Assembly (NCBI GenBank): GCA_049320885.1
Contig: JBMORA010000059.1
Coordinates: 1-51,565 of the forward strand
DNA: 51,565 nt
Source of the DNA: Thermodesulfobacteriota bacterium
Lineage (GTDB): Bacteria; Desulfobacterota; Desulfobacteria; Desulfobacterales; SURF-7
Reading direction: 5' to 3'
The notes below the pieces were generated by a model that was not told the DNA's origin, did not search any database, and worked only from the letters and a program-made list of their open reading frames with translations. Shown here one piece after another: positions 27,371 to 38,216 of the stretch. The position numbers and the translations under genes are program-made. Within the stretch, counting starts at the first letter, position 1; each line of letters opens with the position of its first letter.

Positions 27371-27990
27371 ATAAAACGACGGTTCCACAGCAAGCCAAAT
27401 GTCATCCCATGGTGGGCGTCCCGACGGAAAAGTTGAGACCCAAACAGGTGAGGAAAAACCTGGATCTTACCTTGTGGGAAAGACTCTACATTTTCGAGAT
27501 CATCCGGGGCATGTACATCACGACCCGGCATTTTGCCGTCAACATGTTCGGATTCATCATCCCGCCGAAAGGCCGGAAGAGAAAAATCTTCACGGTTTAC
27601 TATCCGGAAGAGAAGGTGACGCTTCCTCCCGCATATCGGGGCAGGCCCGTCCTGGTTGCCTGGAAGAATGGCAGGGAAAAATGCGTCGCCTGTGGATTGT
27701 GCGAAAAAATCTGTCCGGCGGGCGCCATCACCATCGTCGCCGAGGAGAGAGACAGCGGGGATCGATATCCGGCAAGCTATACCTTGGATATGGCCCGGTG
27801 CGTGTATTGCGGTTATTGCGAGGAAGTCTGCCCGAAGGAAGCCATTGTCATGAGTGCTGAATATCAGGGGCTGGCCGAGAGGGACAGGCGGAACATGAAA
27901 TACGCCAAAGAACAACTGCTACGGTCCGAGGAAAGCGTGAAAGCCCGTATCGAATACATCAGGAGGATTTACTCCAAATGCACTTATTGA
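27367..27990 (+). CDS. nuoI: Complex I subunit I (2x[4Fe-4S])
   Basis: YPEEK, CVACGLCEKICP and CVYCGYCEEVCP; ATGA overlap with nuoH. Confidence 0.95.
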   Translation: MNKTTVPQQAKCHPMVGVPTEKLRPKQVRKNLDLTLWERLYIFEIIRGMYITTRHFAVNMFGFIIPPKGRKRKIFTVYYPEEKVTLPPAYRGRPVLVAWKNGREKCVACGLCEKICPAGAITIVAEERDSGDRYPASYTLDMARCVYCGYCEEVCPKEAIVMSAEYQGLAERDRRNMKYAKEQLLRSEESVKARIEYIRRIYSKCTY

Positions 27991-28511
27991 TGTTCTATAT
28001 ACTCGGTTTCGGCGCCGTTGTATCGGCGCTACTGATGGTGACCAACCGGAAGCCGGTATCGGCGGCCATGAGCTTGATCGCCGTCATGGTTTTTCTTGCC
28101 GGATTGTATGTGCTGCTGGATGCGCACCTGATCGCCGCTCTGCAGCTCATCGTATATGCCGGGGCCATCATGGTTCTCTTCCTTTTCGTAATCATGCTGC
28201 TGAATGTGGAGGAAAAGGAAGGGCGTCTTGCGGGGAATGCCATTCTGATGCAATTCGGGGCAATCGCGGCTGTCGGTTTTCTTCTCATAATGATGGTAAG
28301 TTATGTAAAGACGGGAGCGCCTCTGCCCGCCATCGGTGAAGGGATGGATCAATTCGGTACCACCAAGGCTGTCGGGAGAATGCTGTTCACCGAATACCTC
28401 TTGCCTTTTGAAATAGCCTCCGTGTTGTTGCTGGCGGCGATCGTCGGCGCCGTCATTCTGGCCAAAAGGAATATTGATGATCCGGAACAGGGAACACGCC
28501 ATTCCCGGTGA
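27978..28511 (+). CDS. nuoJ: Complex I subunit J
   Basis: QLIVYAGAIMVLFLFVIMLL and YLLPFEIASVLLLAAIVGA. Confidence 0.95.
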   Translation: MHLLMFYILGFGAVVSALLMVTNRKPVSAAMSLIAVMVFLAGLYVLLDAHLIAALQLIVYAGAIMVLFLFVIMLLNVEEKEGRLAGNAILMQFGAIAAVGFLLIMMVSYVKTGAPLPAIGEGMDQFGTTKAVGRMLFTEYLLPFEIASVLLLAAIVGAVILAKRNIDDPEQGTRHSR

Positions 28512-28524
28512 TGAAGGGTAACCT

Positions 28525-28827
28525 ATGGTTTCATTGAATTCATATCTGATATTGGGTGCGATACTTTTTTCCATCGGCGCGGTGGGGGTGTTCACGCAAC
28601 GAAATGCCTTGATCATCTATATGTGCATTGAGTTGATGCTGAATTCCGTGAATCTGACCATCATCGCATTCTCACGTTTTTTGAACAATATGGACGGTCA
28701 CGTGTTCGTGTTCATGATCATGACGGTCGCCGCGGCCGAAGCTGCCGTGGGATTGGCCATCATCATCTCCATGTTCCGGAACAAAGCGACCGTTAACGTG
28801 GACGACATTCATTTAAGTAAGGGTTAG
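28525..28827 (+). CDS. nuoK: Complex I subunit K
   Basis: [12 protein letters not shown] and [12 protein letters not shown]. Confidence 0.95.
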   Translation: MVSLNSYLILGAILFSIGAVGVFTQRNALIIYMCIELMLNSVNLTIIAFSRFLNNMDGHVFVFMIMTVAAAEAAVGLAIIISMFRNKATVNVDDIHLSKG

Positions 28828-28834
28828 TGAAAAC

Positions 28835-30331
28835 GTGCAAACGATTATATCCATAAAGCCATTGCTTGCTGTGCTGGCGTCTCTTCTCGCGGTGCCGCTG
28901 ATTGTCAAGACGGGAGATCGGCCCAATCTTCGGGAATCCTGGTCCATCATCGCCGGGATCATCAAGTTTTCCATCGTGGTCTCCATGGTCCCCGCCATCC
29001 TTGCTGGAAACACCATCGAATATACCCTGGTGACTTTTTATCAGGGGATCGATATCAAGTTCCGGGTGGATGCCCTCGGGCTGCTGTTTGCGACGGTTTC
29101 TTCCTTCCTGTGGATCGTCACCACCTTTTATTCCATCGGGTATATGCGGAGCGGAAACGAACACGCCCAGACGCGATTCTTCACCTGCTTCGCCATCAGT
29201 CTGTCATCCACCGTGGCGGTGGCATTTTCCGCCAACCTGATCACCCTCTTCGTTTTTTATGAATTTTTGAGCCTCGCCACCGTGCCCCTGGTGGGACACA
29301 AGGAAACACCCGAAGCCTATGCCGGGGCACGAAAGTATCTGCTCTACCTGCTGAGCCTGTCAAAGACCCTGCTGCTGTCCGGTATCATCATCGTCTATAT
29401 GGTGGCGGGCACCACGGATTTCCAGAGCCACGGGCTCCTGCAAAACCAGCAGGGATCGACGCTGTTGTTCATCGGATTCTTCCTGTTTCTGTTCGGCTTT
29501 GCCAAAGGCGGGGTCATGCCGGTGCACAACTGGCTGCCGTCGGCCATGGTGGCGCCCACCCCCGTCAGCGCCTTGCTCCATGCCGTCGCCGTTGTGAAGG
29601 TGGGGGTTTTCTCGATCCTCCGGGTGGTGTTCCACATTTATGGTGTGGACCTGATGGGGCGTATGAATCTGGGCATCACCGCCGCATATGTCGTTTCGTT
29701 CACCATTCTGACGGGCTCCATTATCGCTCTCTCCAAGGACAACTTGAAGGCCAGGCTGGCTTACTCCACCGTCAGCCAGTTGTCGTACGTCATTCTTGGC
29801 GCCGTTCTGCTGACGTCGTGCAGCATGCTGGGCGGCATCATGCACATCGCCAATCATGCGTTCTCCAAAATCACCCTGTTCTTTTGCGCCGGCTCCTTGT
29901 ATTGCAGCGCCCACAAAACCGAGATCAGTCAGCTGTCCGGCATCGGTAAAAAAATGCCCTGGACGATGGCGGCTTTTTTCATCGGTTCGCTGAGCATGAT
30001 CGGCGTGCCCCCGGCGGCCGGATTCAACAGTAAATGGTATCTGGCCCTGGGTTCCATCGAGGCTGATCAGATACCCATTCTGCTGGCCCTGCTGGCCAGC
30101 ACCGTACTCAACGCCGCTTATTTTTTACCCATTACTTACAAGGCTTTTTTCGAAAAGGCGGAAGAACCGGCGCCTTCTTCCCATGGTCATCACGATCACC
30201 ACGACCATCATGAAGAAATCCGGGAGAACCCCATGATCGTGGTGCCATTGGTGTTGACGGCGCTCATATCTCTGCTGATCGGAATATATCCCGATTATTT
30301 CTTGAGGCTCGCACAGGAGGTGATCCGATGA
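28835..30331 (+). CDS. Additional antiporter-like subunit, MrpD/MnhD-family (Proton_antipo_M)
   Basis: FVFYE, AKGGVMPVHNWLPSAMVAPTPVSALLHAVAVVKVG, RLAYSTVSQL, HAFSKITLF and SKW; 498 aa with no lateral-helix tail; GTG start. Confidence 0.88.
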   Translation: MQTIISIKPLLAVLASLLAVPLIVKTGDRPNLRESWSIIAGIIKFSIVVSMVPAILAGNTIEYTLVTFYQGIDIKFRVDALGLLFATVSSFLWIVTTFYSIGYMRSGNEHAQTRFFTCFAISLSSTVAVAFSANLITLFVFYEFLSLATVPLVGHKETPEAYAGARKYLLYLLSLSKTLLLSGIIIVYMVAGTTDFQSHGLLQNQQGSTLLFIGFFLFLFGFAKGGVMPVHNWLPSAMVAPTPVSALLHAVAVVKVGVFSILRVVFHIYGVDLMGRMNLGITAAYVVSFTILTGSIIALSKDNLKARLAYSTVSQLSYVILGAVLLTSCSMLGGIMHIANHAFSKITLFFCAGSLYCSAHKTEISQLSGIGKKMPWTMAAFFIGSLSMIGVPPAAGFNSKWYLALGSIEADQIPILLALLASTVLNAAYFLPITYKAFFEKAEEPAPSSHGHHDHHDHHEEIRENPMIVVPLVLTALISLLIGIYPDYFLRLAQEVIR

Positions 30332-30585
30332 TCAAGAAAATCGTTCTATATATCGGAAACCCGAAAAATTCGAACATATTGAAGAAGGTGAGTTATGTCG
30401 CCCTGGTGCTGGTGGTGATTGCCGACTTTTTCGTTCACCGCGCACACGCCATTTATATTTGGGATAAAATACCCGGCTGGGGAGCATTTTACGGATTTGT
30501 TTCCTGCGTTGTTATCATTCTGGTCTCCAAATTTCTTGGACACCAGGGTGGCATCATGCATGACGAGGATTATTACGATGACTGA
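30328..30585 (+). CDS. Small two-TM membrane protein
   Basis: 85 aa with two hydrophobic segments and acidic C-terminus EDYYDD; AGGAGG RBS; overlaps both neighbouring genes. Confidence 0.8.
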   Translation: MIKKIVLYIGNPKNSNILKKVSYVALVLVVIADFFVHRAHAIYIWDKIPGWGAFYGFVSCVVIILVSKFLGHQGGIMHDEDYYDD

Positions 30586-32350
30586 TTGGTTGCACCCGTC
30601 CCTTGTATTCATCGCCGGATCGGTTCTGATTCCTTTCCTGAGGGGGAAAGTCCGGGACGCCTACCTGATGCTGATCCCCCTTCTTGGAGTGGCCTCGGTT
30701 TACTACATGACCCCGGGAACGTATTGGACCTATACCTTCCTCGGCACTCCGCTGACCTTCGGCGCGGTGGACAAGCTCAGCATTGTTTTCGGCTGGGTTT
30801 TCACCATAGCGAGTTTCATCAGCATCGTCTACGCCCTGCATGTGAAGGAACCGGGGCAACACATGGCCGCCTTCATCTATGTGGGCGGGTCCTTGGGCGT
30901 CACCTTCGCCGGCGATTTTTTCACCCTGTTCGTCTTCTGGGAGCTGATGGCCTTTTCTTCCGCCTACCTGGTTTTCGCAAGGCGCGAAAAAACCGCCCTG
31001 GAAGCCGGATACCGGTATATCCTGGTGCATATTTTCGGCGGCGTCTGCCTCTTGGGCGGCATCATCCTCCACTATATGAAGACCAAATCCATCGGGGTCG
31101 GCCCCATTGATCAGGACGGCAGCCTCTCTTTCTACCTGATCCTGGCGGGAGTCATGCTGAATGCTGCGGTGCCGCCGCTGCACGCCTGGCTGACGGACGC
31201 TTATCCCGAGGGAACCGTCACCGGCTCGGTGTTCATGTCGGCCTTCACCACCAAAACCGCGGTGTATCTGTTGGTGCGTGTGTTTCCGGGCACCGACCTG
31301 CTCATGTACCTCGGAACCATCATGGCCCTGTATGGAGTCGTCTACGCGGTGCTGGAAAACGACTGCAGAAGGCTGCTGGCCTATCACATCATCAGTCAGG
31401 TCGGGTATATGGTGGCGGGTGTCGGTATCGGGACGGATATGTCCCTGAACGGCTCGGTGTCCCACGCCTTCGCCCATATTCTCTATAAGGGCCTTCTGTT
31501 CATGGGCGCCGGCGCAGTTATCCAAATGACCGGCCGCCGGAAACTGACGGAACTCGGTGGCCTGTACAGGACGATGCCCATCACCCTTGTACTTTACATG
31601 ATCGGAGGCTTCGCCATTTCGGCTTTCCCCCTGTTCAGTGGGTTTGTCACCAAATCCATGGTGGTGGCGGGAGCCGCCCACGATCATCGGCCCGCGGTGG
31701 CCCTCTTGCTGACCATGGCCTCGGCGGGAACTTTTCTGCATACGGGTCTCAAGCTGCCGTATTACATGTTTTTCGGCAAGGATTCCGGATTAGAGGCCAA
31801 GGAACCGCCACTGAACATGCTGATCGCCATGGGTTTCGCCGCCTTCCTGTGCATCGGCATCGGCGTGCTTCCGGGACCGCTTTACGACCTCCTTCCCTAT
31901 CCGGTCCATTTCGAACCGTATACGGGCGACCATGTGACCAGCGCACTGGGGATTCTGTTGTTCACTGGTTTGGGATTCTTCATGCTGCTCAAGAAACTGG
32001 ATCCGGAACCCACCATCAGTGTCGACACGGATTGGGTGTACCGCAAGGGCAGCCGCCTGTTCATGTGGTTCGTCAACAAACCGCTGACAATATATGAGAG
32101 CTACCTGGCGGAAATCTACGAGACCTGGTTTTCCAGACTCACCTTGGTTCTCTCGAGTTTCTTCGCACGTGTTATCGATGTTCGGGGCATAGATGGAATC
32201 GTAAACGGCGTCGCCGGGTTTTTCATCGGCCTTGCCGGCACCTTGCGGGTATCGGCCACCGGCATGGTGCGGAATTACGCGGTTACAATGCTGATCGGCG
32301 GTGCCGCCATCATCGCTTATTACCTGTTGGCCTATTTGATGAGACAATAA
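30578..32350 (+). CDS. Mrp-type (Na+/H+ antiporter subunit D-like) subunit with a NuoL-type C-terminal lateral helix; NuoL equivalent
   Basis: [23 protein letters not shown] and [13 protein letters not shown]; NuoL-like tail [12 protein letters not shown]...[16 protein letters not shown]; start ATG 30578. Confidence 0.88.
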   Translation: MTDWLHPSLVFIAGSVLIPFLRGKVRDAYLMLIPLLGVASVYYMTPGTYWTYTFLGTPLTFGAVDKLSIVFGWVFTIASFISIVYALHVKEPGQHMAAFIYVGGSLGVTFAGDFFTLFVFWELMAFSSAYLVFARREKTALEAGYRYILVHIFGGVCLLGGIILHYMKTKSIGVGPIDQDGSLSFYLILAGVMLNAAVPPLHAWLTDAYPEGTVTGSVFMSAFTTKTAVYLLVRVFPGTDLLMYLGTIMALYGVVYAVLENDCRRLLAYHIISQVGYMVAGVGIGTDMSLNGSVSHAFAHILYKGLLFMGAGAVIQMTGRRKLTELGGLYRTMPITLVLYMIGGFAISAFPLFSGFVTKSMVVAGAAHDHRPAVALLLTMASAGTFLHTGLKLPYYMFFGKDSGLEAKEPPLNMLIAMGFAAFLCIGIGVLPGPLYDLLPYPVHFEPYTGDHVTSALGILLFTGLGFFMLLKKLDPEPTISVDTDWVYRKGSRLFMWFVNKPLTIYESYLAEIYETWFSRLTLVLSSFFARVIDVRGIDGIVNGVAGFFIGLAGTLRVSATGMVRNYAVTMLIGGAAIIAYYLLAYLMRQ

Positions 32351-33843
32351 TGATTTCGCCAAATTTTCCGATTCTTTCCGTCATTACGTATCTGCCGTTG
32401 CTGGGAATTCTGGTGATCTGCCTGATCAACAGCAAACACCATGATTTGATCCGCTGGGTGGCTTTTATAACCGCCGTTGTGGCCTTCGTCGTATCCCTGC
32501 CCCTCTATTTCCTGTTCGATTCGACCAAATGGCAGATGCAATTCGTCGAAAAAGTTCCCTGGGTGGCTCAATTCGGGATCCAGTATCATATGGGAATAGA
32601 CGGCATCAGTTTACTCCTCATCCTTCTCACCACGTTTCTCTCGGCGCTCGCCATTCTGTCCACCTGGACGGCGGTCACGAAAGGGGTTAAAGGATACATG
32701 GTTTCCCTGCTGCTGCTGGAAACCGGAATGATCGGGGTGTTCTGCGCCCTGGATTTCATCCTTTTCTACATCTTCTGGGAAGTGATGCTGATTCCCATGT
32801 ATTTCATCATCGGGATTTGGGGCGGCCCCCGCAGGATCTACGCCGCGGTGAAGTTCTTCATTTACACCATGAGCGGCAGCGTCCTGATGCTGGTGGCGAT
32901 TCTTTTCCTTTATTTCATGAATTATAAAGCCACCGGTGCATATTCCTTCGATATCTTGTCGTATTACAATCTTGGAATCACGCCGGGCATCCAAATCTGG
33001 CTTTTCCTGGCGTTTTTTCTGGCGTTCGCCATCAAAGTCCCCATGTTTCCCTTTCATACCTGGCTTCCGGATGCCCATGTGGAGGCGCCCACCGCCGGCA
33101 GCGTTATCCTGGCGGGGGTTCTGCTGAAGATGGGTACATACGGATTTCTGCGCTTCAGTCTGCCGATTTTCCCCCAGGCCAGTATGGATTTCGCACCCAT
33201 CATTCTGGGCCTGTCGGTGATCGGGATCATATACGGCGCCATGGTGTCCATTGCCCAGGAAGATATCAAAAAACTGGTGGCCTACTCGAGCGTCAGCCAT
33301 CTCGGCTACTGCATGCTGGGAATGTTCGCCCTGAACATGGAAGGAGTCAAGGGCAGCATCATTCAGATGATCAACCATGGGTTGAGTACGGGCGCACTGT
33401 TTATGATCGTCGGGATGCTGTATGAACGGCGGCATACCCGGTTAATTTCGGAATACGGCGGCATCATGAAGGTCATGCCTGTTTTTGCCGGGCTTTTCCT
33501 GCTGGTCGCATTTTCTTCCATGGGGGTTCCCGGATTGAACGGTTTTGTCGGGGAATTGCTGATCCTTATCGGAGCGTTTAAGGCCTCCGTCGGCTATGGG
33601 TTGCTTGCGACCATGGGACTCGTTCTGGGCGCCGTTTACCTTCTGTGGATGTACAAGCGGGTCATGTACGGCGAGATCACCAAGGAAGAAAACAAACACT
33701 TGAAGGACATGACCGGCCGGGAATACGCGTATCTGATTCCCATCATCATTTTCATCGTCTGGATCGGCGTATATCCGAAACCGTTTTTGGATAAAATGGA
33801 CGCATCCGTGCAGCATCTCCTGCAGGTGGTAAAACCGCAATGA
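32350..33843 (+). CDS. nuoM: Complex I subunit M
   Basis: [47 protein letters not shown] and GFVGE. Confidence 0.96.
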   Translation: MISPNFPILSVITYLPLLGILVICLINSKHHDLIRWVAFITAVVAFVVSLPLYFLFDSTKWQMQFVEKVPWVAQFGIQYHMGIDGISLLLILLTTFLSALAILSTWTAVTKGVKGYMVSLLLLETGMIGVFCALDFILFYIFWEVMLIPMYFIIGIWGGPRRIYAAVKFFIYTMSGSVLMLVAILFLYFMNYKATGAYSFDILSYYNLGITPGIQIWLFLAFFLAFAIKVPMFPFHTWLPDAHVEAPTAGSVILAGVLLKMGTYGFLRFSLPIFPQASMDFAPIILGLSVIGIIYGAMVSIAQEDIKKLVAYSSVSHLGYCMLGMFALNMEGVKGSIIQMINHGLSTGALFMIVGMLYERRHTRLISEYGGIMKVMPVFAGLFLLVAFSSMGVPGLNGFVGELLILIGAFKASVGYGLLATMGLVLGAVYLLWMYKRVMYGEITKEENKHLKDMTGREYAYLIPIIIFIVWIGVYPKPFLDKMDASVQHLLQVVKPQ

Positions 33844-33937
33844 TCCGGATGGAAGCGACGGGGACAGGACTTCGGCCCACGAATTTTAACAATTGACGTA
33901 ACATGAACCGGTTGCCTCGGACCAAAGGCGATAGATT

Positions 33938-35416
33938 ATGGAACAGGTAATGACGACAATCAAGGTTAGCGCCCTGCATCCCGAAATTATTTTGGCGCTT
34001 TTTTCATTGATCATTCTGCTGCTGCAATCCTTTTATGGCGCCCGCTCCAGAAATTATTACGGCTATGTGAGCCTTGTCGGCGTCCTGGCGTCCGCGGTGG
34101 TGGTCGTTTTAGAGCCCGCCGGCTTTGGGATGAGATTGCTGGAGTATTCTTTTAACGGGATGTGGGTGGTGGACAACTACTCCCGATTTTTCAAACTGAT
34201 ATTCCTTCTGGGTACCGGACTCACCATCCTCATTTCGATCAAATATCTCGAAAATGAGGCCATGCAGCACGGCGAATACTTCGCCTTGATCCTGTTTGCC
34301 ACCATCGGCATGATGATCATGGCCAGCGGAGCCGAATTGATCACCATTTTTCTAGGGATTGAGCTGATGTCCCTGTCGCTTTATGCCCTGGCCGGATACA
34401 CCCGGACGCGGATGGTTTCCAACGAGTCGGCCCTGAAATATTTTCTGCTGGGTTCCTTTGCAACCGGCTTTTTGTTGTACGGCATCGCCCTGCTGTATGG
34501 CGCCACCGGCACGACGGAAATCAGGGGGATTGCCGGAGCCATCGCTTCAAAGGGTTTTCAGGGTACCTATGCCATTCTTGCAGGCATGGCGCTCCTGCTC
34601 ATCGGGTTCGGCTTTAAAACGGCCGCGGTTCCCTTTCACATGTGGACGCCGGACGTATACGAGGGCGCGCCGGCACCCGTGACCGCCTTTATGTCCGCGG
34701 GTCCCAAGGCCGCCGCTTTCGCGGCGTTTGTGCGGATATTTCTGGAGGCGTTTTCCAACCTCCAGGGAGAATGGACGGTGATCATCTGGGTGATGGCGGT
34801 GCTGACCATGAGCATCGGAAATATCATCGCCCTGGTCCAGGACAACATCAAACGCATGCTGGCCTATTCCAGTATCGCTCACGCCGGATATATTCTAGTC
34901 GCCTTCCTGGCCGGCGGGGAACTCGGCATCACCGGGATCCTGTATTACCTGCTGACCTATACTTTCATGAATATCGGTGCCTTCGCATTGATCACGATCC
35001 TGGGCGGCAAAGGAGAGCAACGGGTCCGTGTTCTGGATTACAGGGGCCTCGGATACAGGCATCCCTATGCCGCCGTTGCCATGAGCCTGTTTCTCTTTTC
35101 CCTGGCGGGGATTCCTCCCACCGGTGGTTTCATCGGTAAATTTTACATTTTTTCCGCGGCGGTCAAGGAAGGTTATATCGCTCTCACCATTATCGGCGTG
35201 CTCAACAGCGTCGTCTCCGTCTACTACTATTTGCGCGTAACCGTGGCGATGTATATGCAGGACCCCGATACGGCGGATGCGGAAATTCCCGCAACGGTTT
35301 TTTCGCCCGCTCTCGTTGTGGCGATTCTAATTTCGGCATGCGGCGTGCTGTCGCTGGGAATATATCCCTCCGGCTATGCCGAAATCGTAAGGCAGTCCTT
35401 TTTAATGCTGAATTAG
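33938..35416 (+). CDS. nuoN: Complex I subunit N
   Basis: ESALKYFLLG, FKTAAVPFHMWTPDVYEGAP, KRMLAYSSIAH, GFIGKF and SVYYYLR. Confidence 0.96.
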   Translation: MEQVMTTIKVSALHPEIILALFSLIILLLQSFYGARSRNYYGYVSLVGVLASAVVVVLEPAGFGMRLLEYSFNGMWVVDNYSRFFKLIFLLGTGLTILISIKYLENEAMQHGEYFALILFATIGMMIMASGAELITIFLGIELMSLSLYALAGYTRTRMVSNESALKYFLLGSFATGFLLYGIALLYGATGTTEIRGIAGAIASKGFQGTYAILAGMALLLIGFGFKTAAVPFHMWTPDVYEGAPAPVTAFMSAGPKAAAFAAFVRIFLEAFSNLQGEWTVIIWVMAVLTMSIGNIIALVQDNIKRMLAYSSIAHAGYILVAFLAGGELGITGILYYLLTYTFMNIGAFALITILGGKGEQRVRVLDYRGLGYRHPYAAVAMSLFLFSLAGIPPTGGFIGKFYIFSAAVKEGYIALTIIGVLNSVVSVYYYLRVTVAMYMQDPDTADAEIPATVFSPALVVAILISACGVLSLGIYPSGYAEIVRQSFLMLN

Positions 35417-35513
35417 GTAGACAATCAGGGCATGATAACCATGCAGCACAGATTTCGAATCCGATATGTTTAAATAAGCATATTTTTTCTGTCAGGGAAG
35501 AAGGAAGGCATGT

Positions 35514-38183
35514 ATGACGAAGGTCAGGTTAACAATTGACGGCAAGGAAGTCATCACCGAAAGCAACAAGACCATCCTCCAGGCAGCCGAGAGCGCCGGG
35601 GTTCGAATCCCGACTCTCTGTTACCATGAACGTCTGAATCCCATCGGATCCTGCCGATTGTGCGTCGTCGAGATCGATGGTATGGAGGAACCGGTGACGG
35701 CTTGCGAAACTTCCGTCCGGGAGGGTATGTCGGTGATAACCCAATCCGACCGGTTGTACCGCATGCGGCAGGCTTCCCTGAAGCTCATCCTGGCCCACCA
35801 TCCCCTGGATTGCCCCATCTGCGATAAAGCCGGCGAATGCATGCTGCAGGACCTGGTATTCGAATACGGCATTCGTATAACAGATTACAAGGCCCCGGAA
35901 AAACCGCGTGAGTCGGTGTATGCGACGCCGTTGATCAAATACTGGCCCGACAGATGCGTCTTGTGCCTGCGGTGTGTTGCCGCCTGCCGTGAAATCAAGG
36001 GCGCCTGCGCGCTGGATGTCGCCAAAGCCGACGGAAAAGCGAGCCTCGTTTTCCATCCGGACCGTTGTGTCTCCTGCGGGGAATGCCTGCAACTTTGCCC
36101 GGTGGGAGCGTTGACCGAAAATGTCAGCCGGATAAAATCCAGATCGTTCATCGCGAAAAAAGTACCCACCACCTGCACATACTGCGGCTGCGGCTGCCAA
36201 ATGGAACTCCATGTTCTCGACAACCAGGTCGCCAACGTGACCGGTCTGAACGTCACAGGCGTGAACCAGGCCAGTTTGTGCGTGAAAGGACGTTTCGGCT
36301 ATGAATTCATCGCCAGTGACCAGCGCCTGACAAGGCCCCTGATCAAACGGAACGGCAAGTTCGAGGAGGCTGGATGGGATGAGGCCCTGGGGCTGGTGGC
36401 GAAAAAATTTGAACAGATCAAGAAGCAAAGCGGGCCGAATGCCATCGGCGGCTTCGCCTCGGCCCGCTGTACCAACGAAGACAATTATCTGTTTCAGAAA
36501 TTCATGCGCGCGGTGATCGGCACCAACAATGTCGACCACTGTGCCCGTCTCTGACATTCCTCGACGGTGGCCGGGCTGGCCGCCACGTTCGGAAGCGGTG
36601 CCATGACCAACCCCCTGAAGGATGTGCTGAAGTCAAAGGTCATCCTGGTGACCGGAACCAATACCACGGCCAACCATCCGATCATTGCCAACTATATCCA
36701 CGAAGCCGTGACTAAAAACGGGGCGAAACTGATCGTGGTGGACCCGCGCCGGATCAAACTGGTGGATATCTGCCATCTCTGGTTGCGTCCGAAAGTCGGC
36801 ACCAATGTAGCCTGGATCAATGGATTGATGAACGTCATCATCACCGAAGGGCTCCAGGATCAGGCGTTCATCGAAGGACGCACCACCGGGTATGAGGAAC
36901 TGAAACAAGTCGTGGCAAAATACACGCCGGACTATGTGGCCGGCATTACGGGTATCCCGGCAGCGGATCTCGCGGCCGCCGCCCGTCTGTATGCGACCGA
37001 AAGACCCGGTTCCATTCTCTACGCCATGGGTATCACCCAGCACACCAGCGGAACAAACAACGTAAAATGCCTTGCGTCCCTCGCGATGATCTGCGGCAAT
37101 GTCGGCGTTGAGGGCGGCGGCGTTAATCCGCTCCGGGGTCAAAACAACGTCCAGGGCGCCTGTGACATGGGCGGCCTGCCCAATGTGTTCACCGGGTATC
37201 AGGGTGTAACCGATGCCGCTGTGCGGGAAAAATTCGCCAAAGCCTGGAACGTGCCAGCGCTTGCCGAAAAGGCCGGTTTGACCGTCACCGAAATGACCGC
37301 TATGGACGGTCCGATCAAGGCCCTGTATATCATGGGTGAAAATCCCATGCTGAGCGAAGCCGACGTCCATCACGTGGAGAAAAAGTTGACGTCCCTGGAA
37401 TTTCTGGTGGTTCAGGACATTTTCCTAACGGAAACCGCCAAGCTTGCCGACGTCGTTCTACCGAGCGCCTGCTTCGCGGAAAAAGACGGAACCTTCACCA
37501 ACACCGAACGTAAGGTCCTTCGGGTGCGCAAGGCGGTGGATGCACCGGGGGAGGCATTGGAAGACCATCGGATCATTGCGGGGATCGCCGCCAAAATGGG
37601 GTATGCCATGGAATATCCGGATGCCTCCGCCATTATGGACGAGATCAATCGGGTCACCCCGAGTTACGGCGGTATCACGTTCCGGCGGCTGGAAACGGAA
37701 GACCTGACCTGGCCCTGTCCCACCAAGGACCATCCGGGCACCCCCGTTCTTCATAGCCAGCGATTTACCAGGGGGGAAGGGGTTTTCTTCCCCATTGAAT
37801 ACCAGCCCTCCGCCGAACTGCCGGATGGCGACTACCCGTTTGTCCTGACGACAGGGCGCGTGCACGCGCACTACCACACCGGCACCATGACGCGCAAGGG
37901 AAGCGCCCTGAATCGCATCTATCCGGAAGCCATGGCGGAGATCAATGCAGAGGATGCGAAGGCGCTGCAAGTCGCCGATGGCGAATACGTCCATATCGTT
38001 TCCAGACGGGGGTCCCTGCGGATAAAAGCGCAGGTTTCCGAAATGACGGATCATGGGGTTGTTTTCGTGCCCTTCCATTTTTTCGAATCGGCGGTGAACC
38101 AGTTGACCAACAGCGCTCTCGATCCGGTTTCGAAAATTCCGGAACTCAAGATCTGCGCCGTAAAAATCGAGAAGGCGGCATAG
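35514..38183 (+). CDS. fdhF: Selenocysteine-containing formate dehydrogenase alpha subunit (Mo/W-bisPGD) with a NuoG-like Fe-S N-terminus, 889 aa
   Basis: ORFs 35514-36554 and 36567-38183 are in the same frame and joined by TGA 36552-36554, reading NVDHCARL-U-HSSTVAGL. Fe-S motifs: IPTLC..GSCRLC..TAC, HPLDCPICDKAGEC, two CxxCxxCxxxC and CTYCGCGC..LCVKG. The catalytic-region motif RGQNNVQG is present. No Tat signal. Confidence 0.95.
36555..36594 (+). promoter_or_regulatory. Bacterial SECIS element (in-CDS mRNA hairpin)
   Basis: Stem GGTGGCC (36566-36572) / GGCCGCC (36578-36584) with a G-rich loop GGGCT, starting 11 nt after the UGA; a possible lower pairing TTCC/GGAA. Confidence 0.8.
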
Positions 38184-38216
38184 CAAGAAAACAGATCGCC
38201 AATATACGCAGGCTGG

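Noticed and set aside
30175..30220. His-rich tract (HGHHDHHDHH) as a distinct metal-binding module
   Set aside because: His-rich loops at this position are common in NuoL/Mrp-type subunits, so the tract alone is not evidence of a new function.
35514..38183. FDH as two genes or a nonsense pseudogene, as split in the ORF track
   Set aside because: The TGA is in frame at the catalytic Cys/Sec position and is followed by a SECIS-like hairpin, so a single selenoprotein is the better reading.
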